Source: Bacillota bacterium (GTDB lineage: Bacteria > Bacillota > Clostridia > Christensenellales > UMGS416). Taken from it: a stretch of DNA of 64,000 bases. The notes under the pieces were generated by a model that made no database searches, was not told the origin of the DNA, and was given only the letters and a program-made list of their open reading frames with translations. The translations under genes were made by a program, and so were the position numbers. The stretch lies in the NCBI GenBank assembly GCA_023398815.1, contig JAEWRW010000020.1, positions 66,474-130,473 of the forward strand, given 5' to 3'. Numbering within the stretch: position 1 is the stretch's first letter; every line of letters starts with the position of its first letter. Positions 25,274 through 33,110 of this stretch are shown piece by piece.

Positions 25274-25473
25274 ATGAGTAAAGAGTATATTACTCTCGCT
25301 GAATTAGCAAAGATGTTGAAGATAAGCAGAGCAACTATTGATCGCTGGAGAAAAGAAGGTATGCCATCCATAAGATTGGTAACGGAGTTAGGTTCATTGA
25401 AATCGATGTCCACAATTGGATTGCGGAACATAAGTCTGATCAAAAGTCAAAGCAAGAGGCCACCAGAGGGTAA
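25274..25473 (+). pseudogene. excisionase/MerR-type HTH (HTH_17-like) DNA-binding protein with a 1-nt frameshift at an A-run
   Basis: MSKEYITLAELAKMLKISRATIDRWRKEGMPSI is in frame 1. The canonical continuation KIGNGVRFIEIDVHNWIAEHKSDQKSKQEATRG* is in the next frame. One extra A at 25372-25373 (AA to AAA) restores a 66-aa protein ending at 25473. The track ORF 25265..25486 is the unrepaired reading. Confidence 0.65.
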
Positions 25474-25478
25474 TCGAT

Positions 25479-25931
25479 ATGATTAAGCTTTTGCAATTGA
25501 AAATACGCAGATTTTATAGAAGCACCTTCCAACGAAAAGGCTTCTGGTTGTCTTTTTTTCTTTTGGTATTTAGTTTCGTTGTATTGATAATGATTCTGTT
25601 TCCCGTAATTTATGACAGAGTGCCGCTCTATTCATACTTCGTTCGTGAATGGAAACTACCAGTTGCGTATGAACTTGATGGCCAAGTAGAGATAGTAGAT
25701 GCTGCTGGCAATGTTGTTAATACAAATGTTGAAGTTTTTATCGGGGGATATTCCACATCTGTTGATTCCAATGGACAGTTTAAATTAGTATTCTCAGCGC
25801 CATTAACGACTGAGTTATTTATCGTAATTAGGTATACAACTCCTTCAGGGCAAAACATTGTAAAAACTGAGCTATTAGTTATTAAAGAGGGAGTTCACAA
25901 AATTGAACAGGAGTTCAAGTATAATGCCTAG
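25479..25931 (+). CDS. single-pass membrane protein with CarboxypepD_reg-like beta-sandwich domain (operon gene 1)
   Basis: It has a basic N-terminus, the TM segment GFWLSFFLLVFSFVVLIMILFPVIY, then LDGQVEIVDAAGNVVNTNVEVFIGGYSTSVDSNGQFKLVF (pattern G.V.D..G.....V...G....TDSNG.F). The start is 5 nt after the repaired HTH stop. Confidence 0.6.
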   Translation: MIKLLQLKIRRFYRSTFQRKGFWLSFFLLVFSFVVLIMILFPVIYDRVPLYSYFVREWKLPVAYELDGQVEIVDAAGNVVNTNVEVFIGGYSTSVDSNGQFKLVFSAPLTTELFIVIRYTTPSGQNIVKTELLVIKEGVHKIEQEFKYNA

Positions 25932-27243
25932 TACTTATGAACTTGCAGTTATTGGTATGGGCCCTGCTGGAATCGGAGTAGCCGCAGCTCTTCAAAATTC
26001 ACCTATTTTCTTAAATACAATTTGTTTTGAGCGCGGCGAAGAGGTGAACGCTAAGAAGTGCATTGCTATTTATAAGTATCCTTGCTGCAATTCGAATACT
26101 TGTCATATCATTTCGGGTATTGGTGGGGCTTCGAGCTTAAGTAATGGTAAGCTAAGTCTCTTTCCTGCAGGTAGTGGACTTAAACGCTTTTTCGCAACTG
26201 AGCAGGAATTGGAAAGTTTGATGGCAGATGTAATCCAATCGCTTGAAATTGATGCCGGACTCAAGAAAGTGGAGATTGACAAAAAAGTAATATCTGATGC
26301 GAAAAAATTCTATTTAGCCAACGATATCACGTACAAGTATTACGATGTTTACGAGTTCGATGGAGATAAGTATCGCAACTATCTTGCATCGACAATCCAA
26401 TCTTTGACTAGTCATGGACTTCAGCTTCATGCAAAAGCAGACGTTATATCGATAGAACGAGATGATTCGAACTTATGGTATACTATCACCGTTGCTGAAA
26501 ATGGAGTAATAAATTTTTATAAGGCAAAAAGAATAGTATTAGCGGTGGGTTCAAGTCAAATTAATAATTACCTTGTTTCCGCGTTATCGGGCACAAAAGC
26601 AATCAACTATGAAATTGGGTTAAGAGTAGAATTGAAATCTGAGTGCTTCGGTGATCACCTGGACGCTCATGGTGACTTGAAGCTTATTAGCAAATCAGGA
26701 AGGACGTACTGCGTAACAAGGGGTGGAGCAATCGTATCATATAGAACTGATGGATATTCCTTGTTGGAGGGTTATGTTGATAAAAATCAATTAACTGATT
26801 ATTCAAATCTTGCAGTATTGGTTAAGGCAGATGATGAGGAAGAGCTTAACAAATTCTTTGGGAATTATTATGCCTTTTTCGGAGGTGTGCCCGTAAGGCA
26901 AAAGTATATCGATTATCAATTGGGTAACGTAAGCACCGGCTTCGTCCATACAACTTTGGCTAAATCACAAATAGGTGATATCAACAAAATGTTCCCTAAC
27001 TCTATAAATGAAGCGCTACGCGAATTTATAGATCATGTGATTGTCAAAACCATGCACATTGAAAAAGAAGCAATAACTATTGTCGCACCAGAGCTAAAAA
27101 CGGTTGTAAATTTCGAATTAACAGATCATTTCGAGATAACATCGCATTTATATGTCGTAGGAGCGGCCACCGGGAAATTTCGCGGTATTCTACAATCAAT
27201 ATGTTCTGGTGTACAATGTGGCAAATATATTTTAGGGGAGTGA
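25924..27243 (+). CDS. FAD/NAD(P)-binding oxidoreductase, COG2509-like (operon gene 2)
   Basis: I chose ATG 25924, which overlaps the gene 1 stop by 8 nt. It has an N-terminal Rossmann motif ELAVIGMGPAGIGVAAAL, then GIGGASSLSNGKLSL, and a C-terminal LYVVGAATGKFRGILQSICSGVQCGKYIL, as in uncharacterised FAD-dependent dehydrogenases. Confidence 0.65.
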   Translation: MPSTYELAVIGMGPAGIGVAAALQNSPIFLNTICFERGEEVNAKKCIAIYKYPCCNSNTCHIISGIGGASSLSNGKLSLFPAGSGLKRFFATEQELESLMADVIQSLEIDAGLKKVEIDKKVISDAKKFYLANDITYKYYDVYEFDGDKYRNYLASTIQSLTSHGLQLHAKADVISIERDDSNLWYTITVAENGVINFYKAKRIVLAVGSSQINNYLVSALSGTKAINYEIGLRVELKSECFGDHLDAHGDLKLISKSGRTYCVTRGGAIVSYRTDGYSLLEGYVDKNQLTDYSNLAVLVKADDEEELNKFFGNYYAFFGGVPVRQKYIDYQLGNVSTGFVHTTLAKSQIGDINKMFPNSINEALREFIDHVIVKTMHIEKEAITIVAPELKTVVNFELTDHFEITSHLYVVGAATGKFRGILQSICSGVQCGKYILGE

Positions 27244-27247
27244 GCTC

Positions 27248-28888
27248 ATGTATATTTGGGATGCCCTATATGGAAAGATTGAGTTCAATTCATTAGTTTA
27301 TAGATGCATGATGTCCCCTGAAGTTCAACGACTCAGGGAGGTTCGTTTGTGCAATATTAACTCACTGTGCATTACGGGTAGTTCAAACACTAATCGATTT
27401 GAGCATTCAATTGGCACTGCATACCTAGCATCTGTAAACATAGAGTCATCTGTTGAGAACCATCTAAAGCTCGACAAAAAAACTAAAGAGATATTAGTCA
27501 TAGCTGCATTGCTCCATGATGTAGCAAACGGCCCTTATGGGCATTCATATGAATATATCATGGAAAAACAAGGCTTTATTCCTGAAAAGGGTTTAGGTGA
27601 TGTTCTGTCGTTTGAAGGTACGGGCGTTAATAAAGTTGCCTATAAATTTTCCCCAATTTTTTTTGGTAAACTGAAAACGCTAAATAGCATACTTGATTCC
27701 GTACAAAAAGCTGAAGTTACAAGTATTATCTCTGGCGACCATACCTTAAGCAAATTAATTAGTTCGGAAATAGACCTTGACAATATTGATAATGTTTTTA
27801 GAATGGCTTATCATATGGGCTTGAGTTTTACCAAGGAAGCGCCTTTGCGCCTTGCACAAAATATGTATATTGAAGATGGAAATATACGTTTCAAAAGAGA
27901 GGTAGAGCCGTTTTTAAATGAATGGTTTGAGTTAAGAAAAAGGGTTTATAAGTTCTTGCTATTAAATCCTCAAGAATTTGCCGGTAAGTATATGCTAACT
28001 GAGGCAATGGACATTCTATTTGAGTGTGCTTCTGAAAACAAGGCGCGTGACAAAGATAATAAGCCTGTTTCCATTGAGTGGTACTATACTGACTATGAAC
28101 TAATGACCGAATTGAACGGCCTCACTGAAGTATGGCTTCCAAGAAAAACACTTCTATTTGATCGTATTGACCGTAATTTAATCAGCGATATTTTGCGATG
28201 CACTAATGAGATTGCCCAAAGAACAAACCTACAAAACTACATGCAGTCGTTGCTATTGCAAACATCAATAAAGGAGAAGGGGAAAAGTGGCAATTCTAAC
28301 AAATTGCAACTTAACGACAACTTCAGAATATTTATTTCCGCAAATAATGTTATTTCAGTTACAGACCGCAACATGGAATTCGAGATAAATGGTGATAAGC
28401 TATATAAAGTAGTTTATACCAAATACAATCCATCCCAAATTGTATCTCGATTAATGACTGGTGATCTTTATGACTGTCTGTTGATATTGGATACTAATGA
28501 TACAGGAAAGTACCCTCGGTTTCTGGATTATTCTTTGCGTATAAATATTGAAGCCGAACTTGAAGCAAAAATTAGAGCGGAAAAAGAATTTGCTCGTTTG
28601 AGTATTGGTGTACACCCAATTCTTGATAAAAATAAAACAAAGCGGCAATTGTCAATCGCTTTTGATGATACTGACAGGTTGTCAATCATTGGAGATTGCT
28701 CATCATGTAAACTCCTCATAGGTATTTTCATTAAGAATGAGCCCTATGGACTTAGTAGTGGAAAAATTCCCTTGGCAAAGCATCGCGAAAAGCTTGAAAA
28801 AATTGTATTTGACTACTTCGTCTCATTTTTCGAAAACGGCGCGAAGATAGTGCCATTATATGAGGAGGCGAATATTTATGGATATTGA
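27248..28888 (+). CDS. SAMHD1-like HD-domain (d)NTP phosphohydrolase with long uncharacterised C-terminal region (operon gene 3)
   Basis: WDALYGKIEF...SPEVQRLREVRL...NRFEHSIGTAYLA...IAALLHDVANGPYGHSYE...EIDLDNIDNVFRMAYHMGL gives the H..HD..D constellation and overall pattern of the dGTPase/SAMHD1 family. Residues from about 230 to 546 have no motif I recognise. Confidence 0.75.
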   Translation: MYIWDALYGKIEFNSLVYRCMMSPEVQRLREVRLCNINSLCITGSSNTNRFEHSIGTAYLASVNIESSVENHLKLDKKTKEILVIAALLHDVANGPYGHSYEYIMEKQGFIPEKGLGDVLSFEGTGVNKVAYKFSPIFFGKLKTLNSILDSVQKAEVTSIISGDHTLSKLISSEIDLDNIDNVFRMAYHMGLSFTKEAPLRLAQNMYIEDGNIRFKREVEPFLNEWFELRKRVYKFLLLNPQEFAGKYMLTEAMDILFECASENKARDKDNKPVSIEWYYTDYELMTELNGLTEVWLPRKTLLFDRIDRNLISDILRCTNEIAQRTNLQNYMQSLLLQTSIKEKGKSGNSNKLQLNDNFRIFISANNVISVTDRNMEFEINGDKLYKVVYTKYNPSQIVSRLMTGDLYDCLLILDTNDTGKYPRFLDYSLRINIEAELEAKIRAEKEFARLSIGVHPILDKNKTKRQLSIAFDDTDRLSIIGDCSSCKLLIGIFIKNEPYGLSSGKIPLAKHREKLEKIVFDYFVSFFENGAKIVPLYEEANIYGY

Positions 28889-30080
28889 TAACATACGAAA
28901 GAATATTAATAGTATTAATTGGAACTTTGACTTTACTATTACTTATGACTCTGGAATGATTCGTCCATTCAATTGTCGTAAATATTACTCATATCCAGCT
29001 ACCTTCATTCCGGAAATTCCATACACATTGATTGAGATTCTTTCGAAGAAAGGAGATGTGGTTCTTGACCCATTTGGTGGGATAGGAACAACATTTATGC
29101 AAGCCTTATCGTTGGAGAGAACCCCTCTGTCTTTTGATATTAATCCCATCGCTACAAATGTTTGCGAAACCCTGTATCGTTTGTTTGACCCAAATTTTGG
29201 GCACGAGGATGTGAAAAAGCAGCTCTTGGATTATTGTAGAGACTATGATAAAAATTATGATTATAGAAAGAAATTGGCTGGATACAAAATTGAACTAGGT
29301 GGATGGTTTGAAGATAACACATTTAATGAGCTTGCATATCTGTTATATAGATATCAGAACACACAAGTCTATAACCTAAGAATTGTACTTGGGCTTATTT
29401 TGCCAAGTATCTTGACCACGTTATCCAGCCAAAACAAAGGTTGGGCTTATATAGCGGATAATGTTAAACCGAAGTTTGATGAACTCCGACAAAAGAGTGT
29501 TTTAGATCATTACAAATCTACATTAAAAACATTACTAGGAGATGTGGAAAGTCAGTTAGGAAGCTTTCCGAAATCTTATCCTGATTTCTATCAACAATTA
29601 GCAGAGACCCCGAGGGTAATAGCAGATTCTATTGTGAATAGTAACCTTCGGGATAGCTCTGTCGATTTAGTCATTACATCTCCTCCATATCCGAGAATGA
29701 TAGATTATGTCAAATCGCAACGACTATCGTTTTATTTTTTTGACCTTAACTTCCACGAATATGTAGAAAGCGAAACGGGAGCAAGGTATCGTAGAAGTCG
29801 CCAGGATGCGTTGACGGAGTATGAGAAACAGATTTGTTTCGTAAACAAAAAAACCCTTGATTTACTAAAAATTGGTGGCTTTTTTTGTTTGGTGCTTCCG
29901 GATTACAATGTCGATGACAACAGAAAATCAGTGATAGAGAAGATTGTTAAATGGTATTCTGAGAATGGACTTACTGAGGTTGCTAAGATTGGTAGGTATA
30001 TTCCAAGCCATAAAAGAACACTTAGTATTCAGTGGGCAAGCTTGGTAAATGAACACATTTATATTTTCCAGAAAGGGTGA
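28878..30080 (+). CDS. amino (N4-C or N6-A) DNA methyltransferase, motif order I...IV (operon gene 4)
   Basis: I chose ATG 28878 (GAGGAGG RBS), which overlaps the HD gene stop by 11 nt. The AdoMet motif is VVLDPFGGIGTTFMQAL and the catalytic motif is VDLVITSPPYPRMIDY. No restriction endonuclease-like ORF is adjacent. Confidence 0.75.
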   Translation: MDIDNIRKNINSINWNFDFTITYDSGMIRPFNCRKYYSYPATFIPEIPYTLIEILSKKGDVVLDPFGGIGTTFMQALSLERTPLSFDINPIATNVCETLYRLFDPNFGHEDVKKQLLDYCRDYDKNYDYRKKLAGYKIELGGWFEDNTFNELAYLLYRYQNTQVYNLRIVLGLILPSILTTLSSQNKGWAYIADNVKPKFDELRQKSVLDHYKSTLKTLLGDVESQLGSFPKSYPDFYQQLAETPRVIADSIVNSNLRDSSVDLVITSPPYPRMIDYVKSQRLSFYFFDLNFHEYVESETGARYRRSRQDALTEYEKQICFVNKKTLDLLKIGGFFCLVLPDYNVDDNRKSVIEKIVKWYSENGLTEVAKIGRYIPSHKRTLSIQWASLVNEHIYIFQKG

Positions 30081-30085
30081 GCATT

Positions 30086-31273
30086 ATGCTTTATGAAGGA
30101 ATAATAATAACAGGTACTTCGTGTGTTGGTAAGAGCACTATAGCTAAGAAGTTGTGCGAACCTGATGTATATGGAAACTTTAGCTCCTTTGAAGTTGTGC
30201 CCGCAGTAACGACACGACCTCCAAGAAACGATGACTTTAACTATGGGTACATAGATGAAGCTGGATTTAAGAACTTGCTTAAACAGAATAGACTGTTAAC
30301 CAGCACGAAATATCGAGATAGACTATATGGGATCAAACGAGATAGGTATGAAGCTGTTTTGGGTAGAAATAAGTACCCCATATTAATCCTTGCTCCCGAT
30401 TCTTCAATGTCGTTGATGAACGATTTTAATGGTAGATTTATGTGCTTCTTCATTGATGCTGAGGATGAAGATCTTATAGAGCGCTTGCAAATTCGAGACA
30501 ACCGAGAAATATCTGATAATGAGAGGGCAAACTTAAAGAAACAGTTTGCGATAGACAGAAATAATGCGTATAAGGCAAACTATGTTCTTAAGAACAATGA
30601 TATTGATGTTTCGGTTTCTCTTACAAGACTGTTATGGGAACAAAGAAATCATGGGGGAGGCTTGTCATACAATATAATTAAATCAATGATAGAATGTGGA
30701 ATGCTTCTTGAGAATGCGGATACAATAGGAGTCAAAGGCGCGTCGTACGACTTGCTATTAGGCGATGAATACTATTACGCAGGGAAGATAAAGAAGCTTT
30801 CCGATACAGATCCTTTCCTAACAATTGAGCCTTATGATTACGCTATCGTTTCATGTAAAGAACGTGCCTGTATGCCACGCGATGTAATTGCAAGATTTGG
30901 TCTCACGGTGGGGCTATTCTGTCAAGGTATAATTTTATCAAACGGTCCCCAAATTGATCCCGGCTTTCAAGGAACATTGTTTTGTTTGCTTTTTAACACA
31001 TCCAATCGCGCAGTACATTTGAAGAGAGGAAAGCACTATGCATCCATCGAATTCAACAAATTAATAGAACCTGCGGAACCATATGTAGGCCAGTATCAGG
31101 GAACAGAGAAAATTATAGAATATATCCCTGCGAACGCTCTGCAGGGAGCGATTAACGAACTTAAGAAGGATATTGAAACGCTTAAAGATGAAAGCAAACT
31201 CATGCAGAATATTTACCTAGTGGTAGTAGGCTTAATGTTTGCAATAATATCCATTCTGCTGGTTCTTAGGTAG
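30086..31273 (+). CDS. fusion protein: guanylate-kinase-like P-loop domain + dCTP deaminase/dUTPase-fold domain + coiled coil + C-terminal TM helix (operon gene 5)
   Basis: The P-loop is IIITGTSCVGKSTIAKKL, with the GK-like AVTTRPPRNDDFNYGYIDEAGF...YGI. The Dcd-like region is GASYDLLLGDEYY...IEPYDYAIVSCKERACMPRDVIARFGLTVGLFCQGIILSNGPQIDPGFQGTLFCLLFNTSNRAVHLKRGKHYASIEF. The C-terminal TM is IYLVVVGLMFAIISILLVL. GTG 30077 overlaps the MTase stop; ATG 30086 has a GGGTGA RBS. Confidence 0.75.
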   Translation: MLYEGIIITGTSCVGKSTIAKKLCEPDVYGNFSSFEVVPAVTTRPPRNDDFNYGYIDEAGFKNLLKQNRLLTSTKYRDRLYGIKRDRYEAVLGRNKYPILILAPDSSMSLMNDFNGRFMCFFIDAEDEDLIERLQIRDNREISDNERANLKKQFAIDRNNAYKANYVLKNNDIDVSVSLTRLLWEQRNHGGGLSYNIIKSMIECGMLLENADTIGVKGASYDLLLGDEYYYAGKIKKLSDTDPFLTIEPYDYAIVSCKERACMPRDVIARFGLTVGLFCQGIILSNGPQIDPGFQGTLFCLLFNTSNRAVHLKRGKHYASIEFNKLIEPAEPYVGQYQGTEKIIEYIPANALQGAINELKKDIETLKDESKLMQNIYLVVVGLMFAIISILLVLR

Positions 31274-31627
31274 CTGCAATCAAAATCACTTCATAGAGTC
31301 AACAACACCAATCGCGTTGTGGTTATTTGTCATCCCTTGAAAAGCAAGTGCTAATCTCAGATACATTCTTAATTCCGTGTAGGAGGGGGGAGACCTTTTC
31401 CTATAACTAGTTAATATTGATTCTATTCCAGATGAAGGATATGACCAGATAGATATTGATGTAGGCAACTTAAAGACAGGGAAGAACACATTCACCTCGG
31501 ACGTGATGGTTTTGAGAACAGGGGCAGATATTCTGGGAATGCCGCTCTCTGGAGGTTCAGTTTCACCGTGACAAAGACGTAAAAGTGATATCATCTTTCA
31601 TAATATCCCAAGCATGTGAGGAGGAAC

Positions 31628-31813
31628 CTAGCTTTGTGTTGTGTCATCCTGTTTTTCATCAATATGACTTAATGCATATTGAATACACATAACGACCAAT
31701 TTATTCAGCGATATTCCCTTTTCATTGCAGATAGTTTCCATCTGTGAAACTAGTTGCTTTGAAATACGGAATGTTCTATTAACATATTCTTCTTTTTCAA
31801 TTCTGAATGACAT
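31628..31813 (-). CDS. ribbon-helix-helix (CopG/Arc-like) DNA-binding protein
   Basis: Trimmed to ATG (GGGAGGG RBS). MSFRIEKEEYVNRTFRISKQLVSQMETICNEKGISLNKLVVMCIQYAL shows a beta-strand followed by two helices, the pattern of RHH regulators. Confidence 0.55.
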   Translation of the reverse strand: MSFRIEKEEYVNRTFRISKQLVSQMETICNEKGISLNKLVVMCIQYALSHIDEKQDDTTQS

Positions 31814-31972
31814 AATAAACCCTCCCACACAATTTTAGTTGATGATTTCACGCATTTATACACATATAAAACAGCATAAAATACACTTGTTTATTGAGTT
31901 CATCTGTTGTATTATTTTGTTCACTTAATACGGATGTTTTCTACTAAAAACGAATATGGAGGACAAGACAAA

Positions 31973-33034
31973 ATGGAGAAAATACGCTCCTCGACAACCA
32001 TCAGGATGAATTCGAAATCCATATTAGTTCTAACTCTAGTATGCTCTGCCGTAGTTGTAGCGATTGTTGTAAGCCTTGTGCTACTTGTTCCCATGGTGAA
32101 GTATACTAAAGCAATGGCTCTATTTAATAATAAGGACTATGGTAATTCATCAAAATCTTTTTCGGAGATGGGTGACTATAGAGACTCAAAACAGATGGTT
32201 TTGGAATCTGATTACAATTATGCAAATCAATTGGTTGGGGAAAAGGAGTATGAAAGGGCAATCTCCATATTGTCACACATAGAAAATTACAAGGACAGTC
32301 AGGAAATTAAGAGGGAAGCAAACTACCTGTTCGCAAGGTTGAAAATTGATACGAAGGATTATAAGGCTGCAATTAGCATCCTCAAAAATCTTAACCAGTA
32401 CAAAGATAGCAGCGGCTTGTTGACAAGTGCTACTTATCATCAAGCAGTTCAATACTATGAAAGCGGAGATTTCAGCACATCTAAGCAATTATTCCAAAGC
32501 GTCAAAGATTACGAGGATACAGCAGACTACCTTTCTGACATAGAAATAATTGGAGCTATTCAAGGTACATGGGAAAAAAACTATACAGTAAGCAATGCAC
32601 CGCGTGACATCTTGATATTCCACGGCTGGATTGTAACGGATGTGAATTATTCCCTTGGCCTTACAGTTAGGGAATCGAAACTTTCGATTGAAGATGGGCT
32701 TGTTGCGGCTGGAACAAAGGATGAATATATGATGGAAACTTATCAGCAGCAAGGCGATAATAGCTTATGGGAACGGAATCATGTAAATGAGGAGGATAAA
32801 TCACAAGATATATTTATTGAGTACAGGAAAAGGAATAGCTCTACAGTTGTGCCTTCTCCCCCAGCCATCGGTATGACCAGAGATGAAGTTATAAATTCCC
32901 TGTGGGGGAAACCTAACCAAATTAATAAAACAACAACAGCGAATGGAGTGAGTGAACAATGGGTTTATTCTGATGATGTGGGCGGAGGATATGTATATTT
33001 TGAGGATGGTATTGTAGAGTCCATCCAAGAATAG
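31973..33034 (+). CDS. membrane-anchored protein with repeated helical (TPR-like, GDY.DS) motifs
   Basis: Trimmed to ATG 31973 (GGAGGA RBS). The TM is ILVLTLVCSAVVVAIVVSLVLLV. Repeats include F.EMGDYRDSKQ, IENYKDSQE, LNQYKDSSG and VKDYEDTADY. Confidence 0.55.
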   Translation: MEKIRSSTTIRMNSKSILVLTLVCSAVVVAIVVSLVLLVPMVKYTKAMALFNNKDYGNSSKSFSEMGDYRDSKQMVLESDYNYANQLVGEKEYERAISILSHIENYKDSQEIKREANYLFARLKIDTKDYKAAISILKNLNQYKDSSGLLTSATYHQAVQYYESGDFSTSKQLFQSVKDYEDTADYLSDIEIIGAIQGTWEKNYTVSNAPRDILIFHGWIVTDVNYSLGLTVRESKLSIEDGLVAAGTKDEYMMETYQQQGDNSLWERNHVNEEDKSQDIFIEYRKRNSSTVVPSPPAIGMTRDEVINSLWGKPNQINKTTTANGVSEQWVYSDDVGGGYVYFEDGIVESIQE

Positions 33035-33081
33035 TTGCATTTTTACCAGTAGATAAACTATTGATTGGAGTTTGATTTCAT

Positions 33082-33110
33082 ATGAGAGCGCTAATAGGCG
33101 CTCTCATTTC
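33082..33110 (+). terminator. rho-independent terminator after the last island gene
   Basis: ATGAGAGCGC-TAATAG-GCGCTCTCAT followed by TTCC; the T tract is short. Confidence 0.55.

Noticed and set aside
31286-31594. 102-aa minus-strand ORF just after the defence operon
   Set aside because: It has no RBS, an odd composition (Ser/Pro/Ile-rich) and no motif. A + strand fragment there (..IDSIPDEGYDQIDIDVGNLKTGKNTFTSDVMVLRTGADILGMPLSGGSVSP*) is equally unsupported. I left the region unannotated.
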